A DNA stretch of 64,000 nucleotides, taken from Actinomycetes bacterium. GTDB taxonomy: Bacteria; Actinomycetota; Acidimicrobiia; Acidimicrobiales; SZUA-35. Shown one piece after another: positions 25,852-36,098 of this stretch. The notes below the pieces were generated by a model. That model was not told the DNA's origin. It did no database searches and worked only from the letters and a program-made list of their open reading frames with translations. The stretch is from positions 1,401-65,400 of the forward strand of contig JAJRXF010000054.1 in NCBI GenBank assembly GCA_024276425.1, read 5' to 3'. How positions within the stretch are numbered: position 1 is the stretch's first letter; every line of letters begins with the position of its first letter. The translations under genes and the position numbers were made by a program.

Positions 25852-27008
25852 TGCTCTTCCTTGATCGGACAAGAACGGTCACCCCGTCGCCAATCACCGA
25901 GGCTCACAACTGGCTAGACCAGCGAAGCGGGTCACGTCCACTCATCGACCTGTCACAAGCCGCCCCGGGGTATGCGCCGCCAGCCGCGGTCATCGATCGG
26001 GTCAAGGCTGTCGCCGATGACCCCACTGGCGGCTTTTACTGCCCGACCGCCGGACTACCGGAACTCAAGAGCGTATTTGCCAACGAACTCAGTCGTGATT
26101 ACCAGACCAGCATCAGTCCCGAGCAGATACTCCCAACGGGTGGGTGTAACCAGGCGTTCTGTGTGGCCTCCTCCACGTTGGCTGCACCGGGCGATGAGGT
26201 CATTCTGGCAGTTCCCTACTATTTCAATCACGACATGTGGCTGAAGTTAGATGGAGTCAAGGTCCGCTATCTCAAGTCTGATTCGGGCACTGGCCTCCCC
26301 GATATTGAGCACGCTCAAGCACTCCTTAGCGAACGAAGCCGAGCCATTGTTCTGGTATCCCCAGGGAATCCGACCGGGACAACCCTTCCGGCAGAACTCC
26401 TCGGAGAGTTCTACGACCTTGCCGTCGAACACAACCTCACCCTTATCCTCGACGAAACCTACCGCAATTTTCGTCCAACAAACGATCGGCCCCACTCGCT
26501 CTACGACGACCCGAGTTGGCGAGACCATGCGGTCTTTCTCCACAGCTTCTCCAAGGATCTGGCCATTCCCGGCTACCGTGTCGGGGCCATTGTTGGCGGC
26601 GAGGCGTTCCTGATCGAGGCCATGAAACTCTTGGATTGTGTTCAGATCAGCCCACCCCGCATTGGTCAGGAGGCTGTCGTTGCCGGGCTTACCCAGTCCG
26701 GCGATTGGCGGCCAAAACAAGCAGCGCGAATCCTGGAAAACCTGACTCGATTTCGGGACGTAATGGCCAGTGCTCCTGGCGGTTTTAGGCTGATCAGTTC
26801 GGGAGCATTCTTTGGTTGGGTTCACCATCCGTTTTCCGATCTGGCCAGCTCAGAGGTGGTTCGCCGCCTTGTCCTAGAACACGACGTCTTGGCCATTCCT
26901 GGCACCGCCTTTACGCCAACCGACCAGGCAATGTTGCGGTTCAGCTTCGCTAATCTCGAACCCGAACAGTTCCCGGTTCTAGCCCAACGCCTCCAAGAGA
27001 TGGCTTGA
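25851..27008 (+). CDS. Class I/II PLP-dependent aminotransferase
   Basis: 385-aa ORF (LVSPGNPTG, LILDETYRNF, HSFSKDLAIPGYRVG with the PLP Lys). ATG overlaps the DUF1015 TGA (TGATG). Confidence 0.85.
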   Translation: MLFLDRTRTVTPSPITEAHNWLDQRSGSRPLIDLSQAAPGYAPPAAVIDRVKAVADDPTGGFYCPTAGLPELKSVFANELSRDYQTSISPEQILPTGGCNQAFCVASSTLAAPGDEVILAVPYYFNHDMWLKLDGVKVRYLKSDSGTGLPDIEHAQALLSERSRAIVLVSPGNPTGTTLPAELLGEFYDLAVEHNLTLILDETYRNFRPTNDRPHSLYDDPSWRDHAVFLHSFSKDLAIPGYRVGAIVGGEAFLIEAMKLLDCVQISPPRIGQEAVVAGLTQSGDWRPKQAARILENLTRFRDVMASAPGGFRLISSGAFFGWVHHPFSDLASSEVVRRLVLEHDVLAIPGTAFTPTDQAMLRFSFANLEPEQFPVLAQRLQEMA

Positions 27009-28170
27009 GGATCTGCCAGAGCATCATGCCATCTGAGTCACTAGGCAGCAAATAGGCCACCTTCTGGCTGACTTTCCAGGGTTCCTCCAACGTTTTTGGG
27101 TCTGACATGGCTGGGGCAACTCCCAGCTCGGGGCGTAAGGCAAGCACCCGATTGAGAACCCCTGGTCCCTCTTCATTTGTGAGGGTGCAAACGCTGTAGG
27201 TTAAGGTTCCGCCTGGCTTGAGGAGATCCAGTCCTGCCAGTACCAGGTTCACCTGAAGATCCGATAGGCGGGCGGGCGCGTCGCTATCGACCCTCCAGCG
27301 AGCGTCGGGCCGGCGACGCAGACTGCCCAACCCACTGCATGGAGCATCGATCAGCACAGCATCCGCGCACCCAGGGCGCAGAGGGACTTTGGTTCCATCC
27401 CCAGTGACTACATGGACGCCCACACCAAGTGATCGGGCATTGTGTTTGATGAGTCTGGCACGATGCGGCTGTAGGTCGACCCCAATAACGGTGGCTCCGG
27501 CGCCAGCCAACGCTGTCGCCTTGCCTCCTGGGGCAGCGCAAAGATCAACCACAAGTTTGCCGCCCACTCCGCTCAACGTCGTGGAGTTAACCACCTCGCC
27601 AACTCGTTGAGAGGCGCGGTCCTGGACATAACCGTCCTGGCGCCGGGACACGGGAGCTGGCCGGTTCATGACCTCCAGTGCGGCCATGGCGTCTTCTCCC
27701 CCCAAGTCTTGCTCAAACTTGTTTACTATCCATGTCGGATAGCTCAGCTTGGTGGCCACGTTCGGCCAAGGCGGGAAGGCGTTTCCCTTGGCCTCGGCAC
27801 TGAGCTTTCGGAGGACCGCGTTGACAATGCCGCGCCCTGGTCCTCGAACCGCACCAACCGTTGCGCTGACCGCAGCATGGGGAGGCGTCGCCAGAAATCG
27901 GAGCTGGTAGGCCCCCAGCCGCAATGCGGCTCGAACCTGGTGATCAACTTTCCCGACCACATAGCGCTCGATCAAGAAGTCACAGGCCCTCTGCATCCTG
28001 GTCGTTCCATAGACCAACTCCGTGACAAATCCCCGATCACGGGCACTGAGTTGACTTCGCTCTAGAATCGGACCCAACACCAGGTTGGCGTAGGCCTCAT
28101 CCTGTTCGATTCGAATCATGGCCTTAATCGCTACCCGACGAGCCGGAACCCCCGACGCTGACGTATTCAT
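26950..28170 (-). CDS. rsmB: 16S rRNA (cytosine-C5)-methyltransferase RsmB/Sun
   Basis: 406-aa ORF with an N-terminal NusB-like domain, DLCAAPGGKAT and DAPCSGLG motifs. Sits in def-fmt-rsmB order. Its 3' end overlaps the convergent aminotransferase by 59 nt. Confidence 0.85.
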   Translation of the reverse strand: MNTSASGVPARRVAIKAMIRIEQDEAYANLVLGPILERSQLSARDRGFVTELVYGTTRMQRACDFLIERYVVGKVDHQVRAALRLGAYQLRFLATPPHAAVSATVGAVRGPGRGIVNAVLRKLSAEAKGNAFPPWPNVATKLSYPTWIVNKFEQDLGGEDAMAALEVMNRPAPVSRRQDGYVQDRASQRVGEVVNSTTLSGVGGKLVVDLCAAPGGKATALAGAGATVIGVDLQPHRARLIKHNARSLGVGVHVVTGDGTKVPLRPGCADAVLIDAPCSGLGSLRRRPDARWRVDSDAPARLSDLQVNLVLAGLDLLKPGGTLTYSVCTLTNEEGPGVLNRVLALRPELGVAPAMSDPKTLEEPWKVSQKVAYLLPSDSDGMMLWQILKPSLGGVGLEPGTVRVRD

Positions 28171-29081
28171 TCCAGCCGATCACTCGGACCGGGCTGCGCT
28201 CCATTGCGCCAGTCCGATGCGTTCATCCGAGGCTTGCCTTCGGGTTGGACCGTAATGAGCTCTACCGCTCCATCTCCAGTGCCAACCACAAGTCCGTCCA
28301 ATTCCCCAGGCTCAAGGTCGGCCCGCTCACTCCGTGCCACGTTCCAAATGCGAAAGCGCTTGCCCCGAAACCTCGTCCAGGCTCGGCCGAGCCGAATCTT
28401 TCGATCGACCTCGACGGTCGAGGCGTGCCATTCAATCTCGTATTCCTCGGGACGGACCTTCTTGGCGTAGGTCGGTAACCCTTCTTGAGGTTCGGGTTGG
28501 CCAAGTCCCTCGGACAACGCCGCCACAAGAAGTTCGCTTCCGAGGGCGACCAATTCTTCGCGGAGACTTTCGAGCGTGGCCCGAGACTCGATCGCCAGTT
28601 CCTGGCAGCGGTAGATTCCGCCGGTGTCCAGACCTTCCTCTACCGCCATCAAACAAACCCCGGTTACTTCATCCCCGGCCAACAAAGCCCGTTCGACCGG
28701 GGCGGCTCCCCGCCAGCGGGGAAGGAGCGAAAAGTGGATGTTCACCATTGGGATCGAAGCCAGAATATTCGGACGAATGATATGGCCATAGGCCACAACG
28801 ACACCAAGGTCAACATCGACACCAAGGTCAAGAACGTCATCGATGGTGTCGGTCACCGCGATGCCAAGTTCACTTGCCACGACCTTGACCGGGGACGGAA
28901 CGAGCCCGGAGCCGCGGCCCCTGCGCTTGTCGCCCGCTGAGACCACCAGCACAACTTCAAAGCCAGCTTCTACCAGGGCGCGCAACGGTGGGACTGCGAT
29001 TTCGGGTGTACCGAAGTACACGATCTTGTTGACCTGATCGGGAACCGATGCCAGTTTCCAATCGGTCTTAGGCTCACTCAC
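28167..29081 (-). CDS. fmt: Methionyl-tRNA formyltransferase
   Basis: ORF 28167..29117 (IVYFGTPEIAVPPL, NIHFSLLPRWRGAAP). Preferred start is GTG 29081, forming a GTGA overlap with the def stop. Confidence 0.9.
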   Translation of the reverse strand: MSEPKTDWKLASVPDQVNKIVYFGTPEIAVPPLRALVEAGFEVVLVVSAGDKRRGRGSGLVPSPVKVVASELGIAVTDTIDDVLDLGVDVDLGVVVAYGHIIRPNILASIPMVNIHFSLLPRWRGAAPVERALLAGDEVTGVCLMAVEEGLDTGGIYRCQELAIESRATLESLREELVALGSELLVAALSEGLGQPEPQEGLPTYAKKVRPEEYEIEWHASTVEVDRKIRLGRAWTRFRGKRFRIWNVARSERADLEPGELDGLVVGTGDGAVELITVQPEGKPRMNASDWRNGAQPGPSDRLE

Positions 29082-29650
29082 GGCAGGGTGAGCCCACCAG
29101 AGCCTGAGCGGAACCAACCCCGCTTCTCTTGCTCTTGTGCCTTGGCCCGAGATCCGTCGAGATCAAGGAGGGTTTCTCGTAGCGTGGCCAGGGCAGCCTT
29201 CCGGGTGTCTTCGTCGAGGTGGTCAAGGAGGAGGACCCCATCCAGGTGGTCCAGTTCGTGCTGAAACAACCGGGCTTCAAGTTCATCGGCTTCGAGCGAG
29301 ATCTCATTTCCGTGAAGGTCATAACCGGTGATGTGGATCTCCTTGGGCCGCACGATCTCCCAATGGAGCCCAGGGACCGATAGGCAACCTTCCTCGTGAA
29401 GCCACTCACCCCGAGACTCCGTGATAGTTGGGTTAATAATCGTCTCTGGGCCATCGCCAAAGTCATAGACGAAAAACCGCTTCTGGATACCAACTTGAGG
29501 TGCAGCAAGCCCAATTCCCGCATCGTCGTACATGGTTTCCAACATCGAATCGCAAACCTTGACAAGTTTGCCATCAATGTCGGAGACATCCTTGGCCATC
29601 TGACGCAACACCGGATCGCCAAAGAGGCGGATTGTGTAGGGGGACGACAT
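29078..29650 (-). CDS. def: Peptide deformylase
   Basis: ORF 29078..29812, with conserved sequence from MSSPYTIRLFGDPVLR (ATG 29650). Motifs GIGLAAPQVG, EGCLSVPG, HELDHLDG. Confidence 0.95.
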   Translation of the reverse strand: MSSPYTIRLFGDPVLRQMAKDVSDIDGKLVKVCDSMLETMYDDAGIGLAAPQVGIQKRFFVYDFGDGPETIINPTITESRGEWLHEEGCLSVPGLHWEIVRPKEIHITGYDLHGNEISLEADELEARLFQHELDHLDGVLLLDHLDEDTRKAALATLRETLLDLDGSRAKAQEQEKRGWFRSGSGGLTLP

Positions 29651-29675
29651 GTTCCCAAGGCTAGCGTTATGAACA

Positions 29676-30272
29676 ATGGGCCAATACTTCCAATCGGATC
29701 CAACCGTCGCCTCACGTCCGCAGAAGGTGGCGTTGCACCTCCCCGACCTCTCATTAGAACTGCAAACAGACCGAGGGGTATTTAGTGCTGGCCAGATCGA
29801 CACGGGAACCAAGATTTTGCTAATGGAAGGCCCAACACCTCAACCCGCCGATCGGAACTTGCTGGATATCGGAACTGGATATGGGCCAATCACCTGTGTT
29901 CTGGCCAGACGAAACCCGCAGGCCACCGTCTGGGGAATCGAGACCAACCAGCGGGCCTTAGAGTTGTGCCGCTCCAACGCCCGAGCACTTGGAATCAACA
30001 ACATTCGAGCCGTGGCCGACGGAGGCATTCCCGACGACATCCGGTTCGATCGGATTTGGTCAAACCCTCCCATTCGGATAGGTAAGCCGGCGCTGCACAC
30101 ACTTCTGTTGACCTGGCTACCCCGCCTCCAACCCGAGGGATCCGCCCACCTGGTGGTACAAAAGCATCTTGGAGCCGATTCACTGCACCGTTGGCTTGAA
30201 CAACAAGGCTTCTCCGTCAGTCGAAGGCTAGCTCGTAAGGCTTTCCGAATTTTGGATGTAACCCTGCCATGA
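29676..30272 (+). CDS. Class I SAM-dependent methyltransferase, RsmC/RsmD-like (MTS domain)
   Basis: 198-aa ORF (LLDIGTGYGPI, IWSNPPIRIGK). Confidence 0.75.
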   Translation: MGQYFQSDPTVASRPQKVALHLPDLSLELQTDRGVFSAGQIDTGTKILLMEGPTPQPADRNLLDIGTGYGPITCVLARRNPQATVWGIETNQRALELCRSNARALGINNIRAVADGGIPDDIRFDRIWSNPPIRIGKPALHTLLLTWLPRLQPEGSAHLVVQKHLGADSLHRWLEQQGFSVSRRLARKAFRILDVTLP

Positions 30273-30796
30273 CCAAGCCGCTGTCCGCCACTGAACTCAA
30301 ACGACTTCACCGCGACCGACGGCGCCACACCGACCTTCGAGTGTCACTCATCCTGGACGGCGTACAAAAGCCCTTCAATGTTGGCGCCATCCTTCGATCC
30401 AGTGCCGCTTATCGAGCCGAACACATCTGGTTTGTGCCCCCTTCGGCGACGCCAATAGACGCCAAGGTGGCGAAGACCGCTCTGGGGTGTGACCGGCTCC
30501 TGCAATGGTCCGAAATGGACACCGGTGTGACTGCGGTGGAAGCAGCAAAACAGCTCGGCTTTTGCACGGTTGCCATCGAGTTGACTACGAGCGCTGTGCC
30601 GCTCTTTGAAATTCAACTCGGTCGAGCTGTTTGTCTTGTAGTTGGGCACGAAGAACGGGGAGTCAAGCAGGACACCCTGCGAGTGGTCGATCATGTTGGC
30701 TACCTCCCTCAACTGGGTAAGGTCGGGTCGCTCAACGTTGCTCAAGCTACAACCGTCTCGCTCTATGAGGTGGCGAGGCAACGCTGGATGGCTTGA
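30269..30796 (+). CDS. TrmH/SpoU family RNA methyltransferase
   Basis: 175-aa ORF (PFNVGAILRSSAAY, LVVGHEERGV, GSLNVAQATTVSLYE). 4-nt overlap with the upstream methyltransferase. Confidence 0.8.
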   Translation: MTKPLSATELKRLHRDRRRHTDLRVSLILDGVQKPFNVGAILRSSAAYRAEHIWFVPPSATPIDAKVAKTALGCDRLLQWSEMDTGVTAVEAAKQLGFCTVAIELTTSAVPLFEIQLGRAVCLVVGHEERGVKQDTLRVVDHVGYLPQLGKVGSLNVAQATTVSLYEVARQRWMA

Positions 30797-30813
30797 TTGA
30801 CCCGAGGCAGAAC

Positions 30814-31665
30814 TCAGCCCTTGTGGCCAGCGGATCGACTTTCCCGGAGCGCCCGGAGCGCGATCCAAAGAAACTGCGAATCACGAACGAAATAGCGATG
30901 AAACAATCGGCGAGGCTCCTGAGCAAAGCGGAACAACCATTCCAGCCCGATGTCTTGAACCCAAACCGGAGCACGCCGACGCTCGCCGAGGTACATCTCA
31001 AAGGACGCTCCTACGCCCAGCAGAACCGGGAGTCGATCTGGTTCAGGCCACTGCTCAAGAAGCGAACACATCAACAAGCTGGACTTGGGAAATCCAATCC
31101 CAACAAACACAAAGTCTGCCGTCTCCGGACCCATGGCCGCGATGGCAGACTTCGCTATCTTCTCGACCTGGGCCTCATCGCCCCCATCAAACATTGGGGG
31201 TACGATGATGGTGGCCTGAGAGTTCTCTCGTTGTAGTGCTCCGGCGGTCCCATCATTGGCTGCCAGTACCAAGACGGGCGACTCCAATTTGGCCAGGCGC
31301 GGCCAAAGTTCATCCACCAAACTACTTCCAGCAAGCCGAGCGGCCAGTGGAACCCCGCACTTTCGACTGAGCGCAATGAGTGGCTGACCATCGGGAAGCA
31401 CACACCAGCCATCGGAGAACTGTCGCCGAATCCGGGGGTTCTCAATGGAGTTGAGCTGGACCACAATGTCAACGTTGGGGGTGACCACAACTGGGAGCAT
31501 CCCGGGCTCGCTTCTCCAGGCTCGGCGCTCCAAGGCATCAACCACGCCACGAAGGTCGCTGGCGTCTACCAGGTTCATGCCCAAGAACTTTCGCCGAACA
31601 ATCAGCGAGTTGGGCGCGTCAACCGGGCCGCTGGTCGGAGCGGTCATTGCCAACCAGCCAAGCAC
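30814..31665 (-). CDS. WecB/TagA/CpsF family glycosyltransferase
   Basis: 283-aa ORF (VVTPNVDIVVQ, FVGIGFPKSSLLM, GLEWLFRFAQEPRRLFHRYF). Confidence 0.8.
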   Translation of the reverse strand: MLGWLAMTAPTSGPVDAPNSLIVRRKFLGMNLVDASDLRGVVDALERRAWRSEPGMLPVVVTPNVDIVVQLNSIENPRIRRQFSDGWCVLPDGQPLIALSRKCGVPLAARLAGSSLVDELWPRLAKLESPVLVLAANDGTAGALQRENSQATIIVPPMFDGGDEAQVEKIAKSAIAAMGPETADFVFVGIGFPKSSLLMCSLLEQWPEPDRLPVLLGVGASFEMYLGERRRAPVWVQDIGLEWLFRFAQEPRRLFHRYFVRDSQFLWIALRALRESRSAGHKG

Positions 31666-31826
31666 GGAGCCGAACCATTCTTCAATTCTGCGCCCAGGCG
31701 GGAGCGGAGCTTCATCGTCTGTACCCCACGAATTACAATCTTTCTAGAGATATCGACCTGGCTCCCACAATGTGTAGCACTTTGGGGAGCGATCTGCCTC
31801 TCGTCGTGTAACCAACGTCACAGAAA

Positions 31827-33614
31827 TCAAGCTCTGGGCGGATCGACAACAATCCGGGTCCGGGCCTTCGGCCGCGTCAGACCAGCCAAAATGTCAGCCA
31901 GGACGCTTGGATCAGCGGCTTTGACCAAGAATCTGCCATCGTCTCTCGGGCCAAGAACAGCGGTGGCGTGATCGTTGGGCAATTTTCCCTTCTTAAGAAG
32001 AGGCGCCAAGAATTCTGATGCCCCGGCGCCTCCTACCTCAGCCAAGGCCCCAAAAGGTGGCAATTCGCTGGACCGTCGAAGTTGTTGCTCCTCTGCCGTC
32101 ATTCGGTCCGGGTTGGCCTCTTGAGCCGAACGGAGAACCCGGTGAGTTGGGGTTCGTGTCTGGATCAAGATTGTGCCCCGCGGTGACGCGCTCCGAGTTG
32201 GAAGGATTCGCCCGGCGCGAACAATCAGCGTCATCGCTTGCTCAGCTGCCCGGTATCGGGGGGCCAGGAGTTCCTGGTCAAAGTCCAAAAAGACCACAGC
32301 CTCGGCCTGGTTGACCCGATGCAGAAGGGCTTCGGTTCCGATCAAGATTCGTGCGGACCCAACCGCATCGGCCATGGTGTCAGCCGTGACCTCGGCCACC
32401 GGTTCTCGGGCCAGCGCTTGCAACTCCTCCCGGGCTCGCCCAACGCCAAGGCGCAAACGCTTCAGACTGGTTCCGTTGCAGTTCAAACAGATCAGGGGTC
32501 GGCTCTCGCCATTGCCTCCAACCAGTCTTCCCTCGGCCTCCGTCATCAGCCGGTGACCATCGTGAGATCGCACCAGTTCACCACAGGAGGCGCAGGCCAA
32601 CATGTTCGCTCGCCCCTTGCGGTTCAGGATGCAGAGCACTCGTCCACTCGTGATGCGCAACAATTTGACAAGTTCACTCGAAAAGAGTCCACCTTTGGTC
32701 GGGTCATCTGACCGTCGATCGCAAATCTGAACCAGTGGCCAGCCAGCCCGCTCTTCGCTTCTGCTCAGCGAAATAACTTGGTCAGCGGCCGCCAAACCGG
32801 CAAGCGAAGGTGCGGCTGAGACCAGAACACAGGGCACCCCGGCTCGGCGAGCCCGCTCGATTGCGACCTCGCGGGCGTGCCATGTTGGAGTTCTCTCCTC
32901 CTGCAGGCTCTCATCGTTTTCGTCCAAAACGACCACACAAGCCAATGACCGGACGGTGGAGAACACGGCCTTGCGGGCCCCAACAACCATGCCCCCGGCC
33001 GCTCCCAAACCCCAATCACGTCCAGCCAAGGACACTCGTGCGCCGGCTCGTCGGACCTGAGCGCCGAGCATCCGCGCCTCCGCCACACTTGGAGTGATGA
33101 CTAAGGAATCCCCAAGGGCAGCCGCAGCTACCAGGAAGGGGAATAGGTCCGATGTCGGGGCAACACGAAACATGGTCACCCCGGGTTTGGCAAATGCCGA
33201 CTCAATCAAGGGGTCCACCGCACCAAGAGCGGGAGCCACTCCAGCCGGGCCGGAGGGAAGAATTGACGTCATCGTGTCTGGAGATGCGGTCCGTAGGACT
33301 TTGGCCACGCCACCGCAATAGCGATGGGCGGCCCATTGAGCGACCTCAATGACCTCGAGCGATGGGCCGAGTGAGGACACTTTGGCGATCTCTTTCAGTT
33401 CGACTCCGGCCGGGGGTAGGACGTCGAGGGCCATGACCCAGCCTCCGACTCTGCGCCCGTGCAGGTCGATTCGCACCAGAGAGCCAACGGCCACCGCGTC
33501 GGCCCAGCGGGCAGGAACCACATAGTCAAAGGACTTCGTAAGACCAGAGACGTCAGGCAAAATCCGAGCTATCCGAAGGGAAGCCCGCTTCCGCTGTGTC
33601 CCGGTTGACACCAA
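31827..33614 (-). CDS. priA: Primosomal protein N' (PriA), helicase motifs degenerate
   Basis: 595-aa ORF with an N-terminal PriA DNA-binding region (FDYVVP..GSLVRIDLHGRRVGGWV) and Cys clusters CASCGE..CLNCNG. No GxGKT anywhere. Confidence 0.8.
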   Translation of the reverse strand: MVSTGTQRKRASLRIARILPDVSGLTKSFDYVVPARWADAVAVGSLVRIDLHGRRVGGWVMALDVLPPAGVELKEIAKVSSLGPSLEVIEVAQWAAHRYCGGVAKVLRTASPDTMTSILPSGPAGVAPALGAVDPLIESAFAKPGVTMFRVAPTSDLFPFLVAAAALGDSLVITPSVAEARMLGAQVRRAGARVSLAGRDWGLGAAGGMVVGARKAVFSTVRSLACVVVLDENDESLQEERTPTWHAREVAIERARRAGVPCVLVSAAPSLAGLAAADQVISLSRSEERAGWPLVQICDRRSDDPTKGGLFSSELVKLLRITSGRVLCILNRKGRANMLACASCGELVRSHDGHRLMTEAEGRLVGGNGESRPLICLNCNGTSLKRLRLGVGRAREELQALAREPVAEVTADTMADAVGSARILIGTEALLHRVNQAEAVVFLDFDQELLAPRYRAAEQAMTLIVRAGRILPTRSASPRGTILIQTRTPTHRVLRSAQEANPDRMTAEEQQLRRSSELPPFGALAEVGGAGASEFLAPLLKKGKLPNDHATAVLGPRDDGRFLVKAADPSVLADILAGLTRPKARTRIVVDPPRA

Positions 33615-33619
33615 GTCAA

Positions 33620-34819
33620 CTAGAGAGCGAGAGCGGACTTCACCGCATCCACCCGGTCGGTGCGCTCCCAGGTAAAGGACTCACGATCGGAGCGGCCGAA
33701 ATGGCCATAGGCTGCCGTTTTACGGTAAATGGGACGTCGTAGGTCCAGGTCTCGCAAAATGGCCGCCGGACGGAGGTCGAAAATGTCTAGGACCGCTGCA
33801 CTGATTGCCGCAGGATCGGCATTCTCGGTACCAAAAGTGTCGACCAGGACAGACATTGGTCTGGCCACACCAATGGCGTAAGCCACTTGGACCTCACAGC
33901 GGCTTGCCGCTCCAGCCGCTACCAAGTTCTTGGCTACCCAGCGGGTGGCATAGGCGGCCGAGCGGTCGACCTTGGACGGATCTTTGCCCGAAAACGCTCC
34001 ACCACCGTGGCGAGCCGATCCACCATAGGTGTCAACGATGATCTTGCGTCCGGTCAGGCCAGCGTCACCGACGGGGCCACCAATGACGAATCGGCCCGTT
34101 GGATTGACCAGGACCTCATAGTTGTCTCCAGCGAATTGTTCGGGAACCACGGGGCGAATCACGTGTTCTATCAGGTCTGGACGGATCATGGAGTCGCGAT
34201 CAATTCCGTCATCGTGCTGGGTTGAAATCAGCACTGTCTTGAGACGAACGGGTCGTCCATCCTCGTAGTCGAAAGTGACCTGAGTCTTGCCGTCCGGGCG
34301 AAGGTAAGGAACGGTCCCTGCTCGACGAGCCTCGGCCAATTGTTCAGCCATCCGGTGAGCAAGATGAATCGGAAGAGGCATCAGGACGTCGGTTTCATCG
34401 CACGCGTATCCGAACATCATTCCTTGGTCGCCTGCGCCCTGATCGTCAATGGCATCCCCCGTTGACCCGCCGGAGCGGACCTCCTCGGACTTGTCGACGC
34501 CCTGGGCGATGTCGGCCGATTGCTCGTCAATGGCAACCATCACGCCACACGTTTTGCCATCAAATCCGTACGATTCGGTGTCATAGCCGATATCGGTGAG
34601 CGTCGTGCGAACGACAGAAGGAATGTCAACATAGGCCGATGTGGTGATCTCGCCCGCGACGATAGCCAAACCAGTGGTCACCATGGTTTCGCACGCCACC
34701 CGGCTCATGGGGTCTTGTTCCAACAGGGCATCAAGGATGGAATCTGAAACCTGGTCAGCCATCTTGTCAGGGTGCCCTTCGGTTACCGACTCGGAAGTGA
34801 AGGTAAAGTTCTTGCTCAC
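33620..34819 (-). CDS. metK: S-adenosylmethionine synthase
   Basis: 399-aa ORF ([41 protein letters not shown]). Confidence 0.98.
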   Translation of the reverse strand: MSKNFTFTSESVTEGHPDKMADQVSDSILDALLEQDPMSRVACETMVTTGLAIVAGEITTSAYVDIPSVVRTTLTDIGYDTESYGFDGKTCGVMVAIDEQSADIAQGVDKSEEVRSGGSTGDAIDDQGAGDQGMMFGYACDETDVLMPLPIHLAHRMAEQLAEARRAGTVPYLRPDGKTQVTFDYEDGRPVRLKTVLISTQHDDGIDRDSMIRPDLIEHVIRPVVPEQFAGDNYEVLVNPTGRFVIGGPVGDAGLTGRKIIVDTYGGSARHGGGAFSGKDPSKVDRSAAYATRWVAKNLVAAGAASRCEVQVAYAIGVARPMSVLVDTFGTENADPAAISAAVLDIFDLRPAAILRDLDLRRPIYRKTAAYGHFGRSDRESFTWERTDRVDAVKSALAL

Positions 34820-34835
34820 GGGATCTCGATTCGTC

Positions 34836-36083
34836 TTATCCAGTCTCGGATTGGGTGAGAGACTGAAGTTTTTGTCCTACTACGTCGAAGACGGCACGGG
34901 CGATCTCGTCCTTGCCACGGAGGGTCACCTCCATGGTCGAGCCATCATCACCAAGAATGGTGACAGCATTGGTGTCGTGGGCAAAGCCCACGCCTGGAGC
35001 GGATACGTCGTTTCCGACAAGAAAATCCGCCCCCTTTCTTAGCAGCTTAGACCGAGCATTCTCGATCAAATCATTGGTTTCGGCCGCGAATCCGACCAGA
35101 ATTTGTCCGGCCCTCTTCGATTTACCGAGCCCAGCCAGGATGTCTTCGGTTGGTTCTAGTTCAATCTGAGGGGTTCCATCTGCCTTCTTAATCTTCTTTG
35201 TGGCCACAGATACGGGCCGAAAATCGGCGACTGCCGCGGCCATGACGATGATGTCCGCCCCCTCGGCATGTAGTTGAACCTCGGCCTGCATTTCCGCCGC
35301 CGAGGTAACCTCGATTCGATCTATCCCTGATGGAATAGATCGATCAACCGTGGTGATGAGGGTGACATTCGCCCCCCTCCGCCACGCCTCGGTAGCCAGG
35401 GCATGGCCTTGCTTTCCGCTTGAGCGGTTTCCGATGAAACGAACCGGATCGATTGCTTCCCTTGTCCCACCGGCAGTGACAACGACCTTGAGACCAGCAA
35501 GATCTTGATTTCCAAGGGATCGCAAGACGGCCTCGACGATTGACTCCGGGGAGGCAAGACGACCCTCGCCACGATCCCCCCCGGCAAGACGACCACTCTC
35601 GGGGCCAACAACAATCGTTCCCCGCCGAGCAAGCACAGCAATGTTGTCCTGGACCGCAGGATGATTCCACATCTCGGTGTGCATCGCGGGGCAAACAATT
35701 ACGGGGGCTTCAGTAGCGATCAGCGTGGCCGACAGCAAGTCGGCCGAACGACCAACTCGGTAGTCCGAGATGACTCGGGCCGTAGCCGGGCACACAACGA
35801 TCAGATCCGCAGCCTGGCCAAGCGTGGTGTGAGGAATTGGATCTTGATCTCTGAACAGGCTCGTCTTTGGGGGCTCCGAGGCCAAGGCGGCAAACGTTGT
35901 TGCTCCAACCATATTGAGTGCGGCCTTAGTCAAAATGGGGGTCACGTGCGCGCCAGCGTCAATTAAGCGTCGGCAAACTTCGATGGATTTGTACGCGGCA
36001 ATCCCCCCGGTCACACCGAGGACGATTCGCTTGCCTTCCAGTGCCAACTCGGGGCGATCTTCGGTTGGAGGCGCCGCTACCAA
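34836..36083 (-). CDS. coaBC: Bifunctional phosphopantothenoylcysteine decarboxylase / phosphopantothenate--cysteine ligase
   Basis: 415-aa ORF with an N-terminal flavoprotein domain ([10 protein letters not shown]) and a C-terminal DFP ligase domain ([10 protein letters not shown]-like [10 protein letters not shown]). Confidence 0.95.
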   Translation of the reverse strand: MVAAPPTEDRPELALEGKRIVLGVTGGIAAYKSIEVCRRLIDAGAHVTPILTKAALNMVGATTFAALASEPPKTSLFRDQDPIPHTTLGQAADLIVVCPATARVISDYRVGRSADLLSATLIATEAPVIVCPAMHTEMWNHPAVQDNIAVLARRGTIVVGPESGRLAGGDRGEGRLASPESIVEAVLRSLGNQDLAGLKVVVTAGGTREAIDPVRFIGNRSSGKQGHALATEAWRRGANVTLITTVDRSIPSGIDRIEVTSAAEMQAEVQLHAEGADIIVMAAAVADFRPVSVATKKIKKADGTPQIELEPTEDILAGLGKSKRAGQILVGFAAETNDLIENARSKLLRKGADFLVGNDVSAPGVGFAHDTNAVTILGDDGSTMEVTLRGKDEIARAVFDVVGQKLQSLTQSETG

Positions 36084-36098
36084 CGAGAAGCCCGTCGC

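Noticed and set aside
26950-27008. 59-nt convergent overlap of the aminotransferase and rsmB 3' ends
   Set aside because: Both stops are fixed by sequence. The overlap is explained by a short non-conserved C-terminal tail on RsmB, with no sign of anything functional.
34820-34835. Looked for a SAM riboswitch upstream of metK. Also looked for T-box or leader elements upstream of pheS (16081-16123) and alaS (60345-60357)
   Set aside because: The gaps are only 13-43 nt, too short for any of these RNA elements. These genes appear to be co-transcribed with their upstream neighbours.
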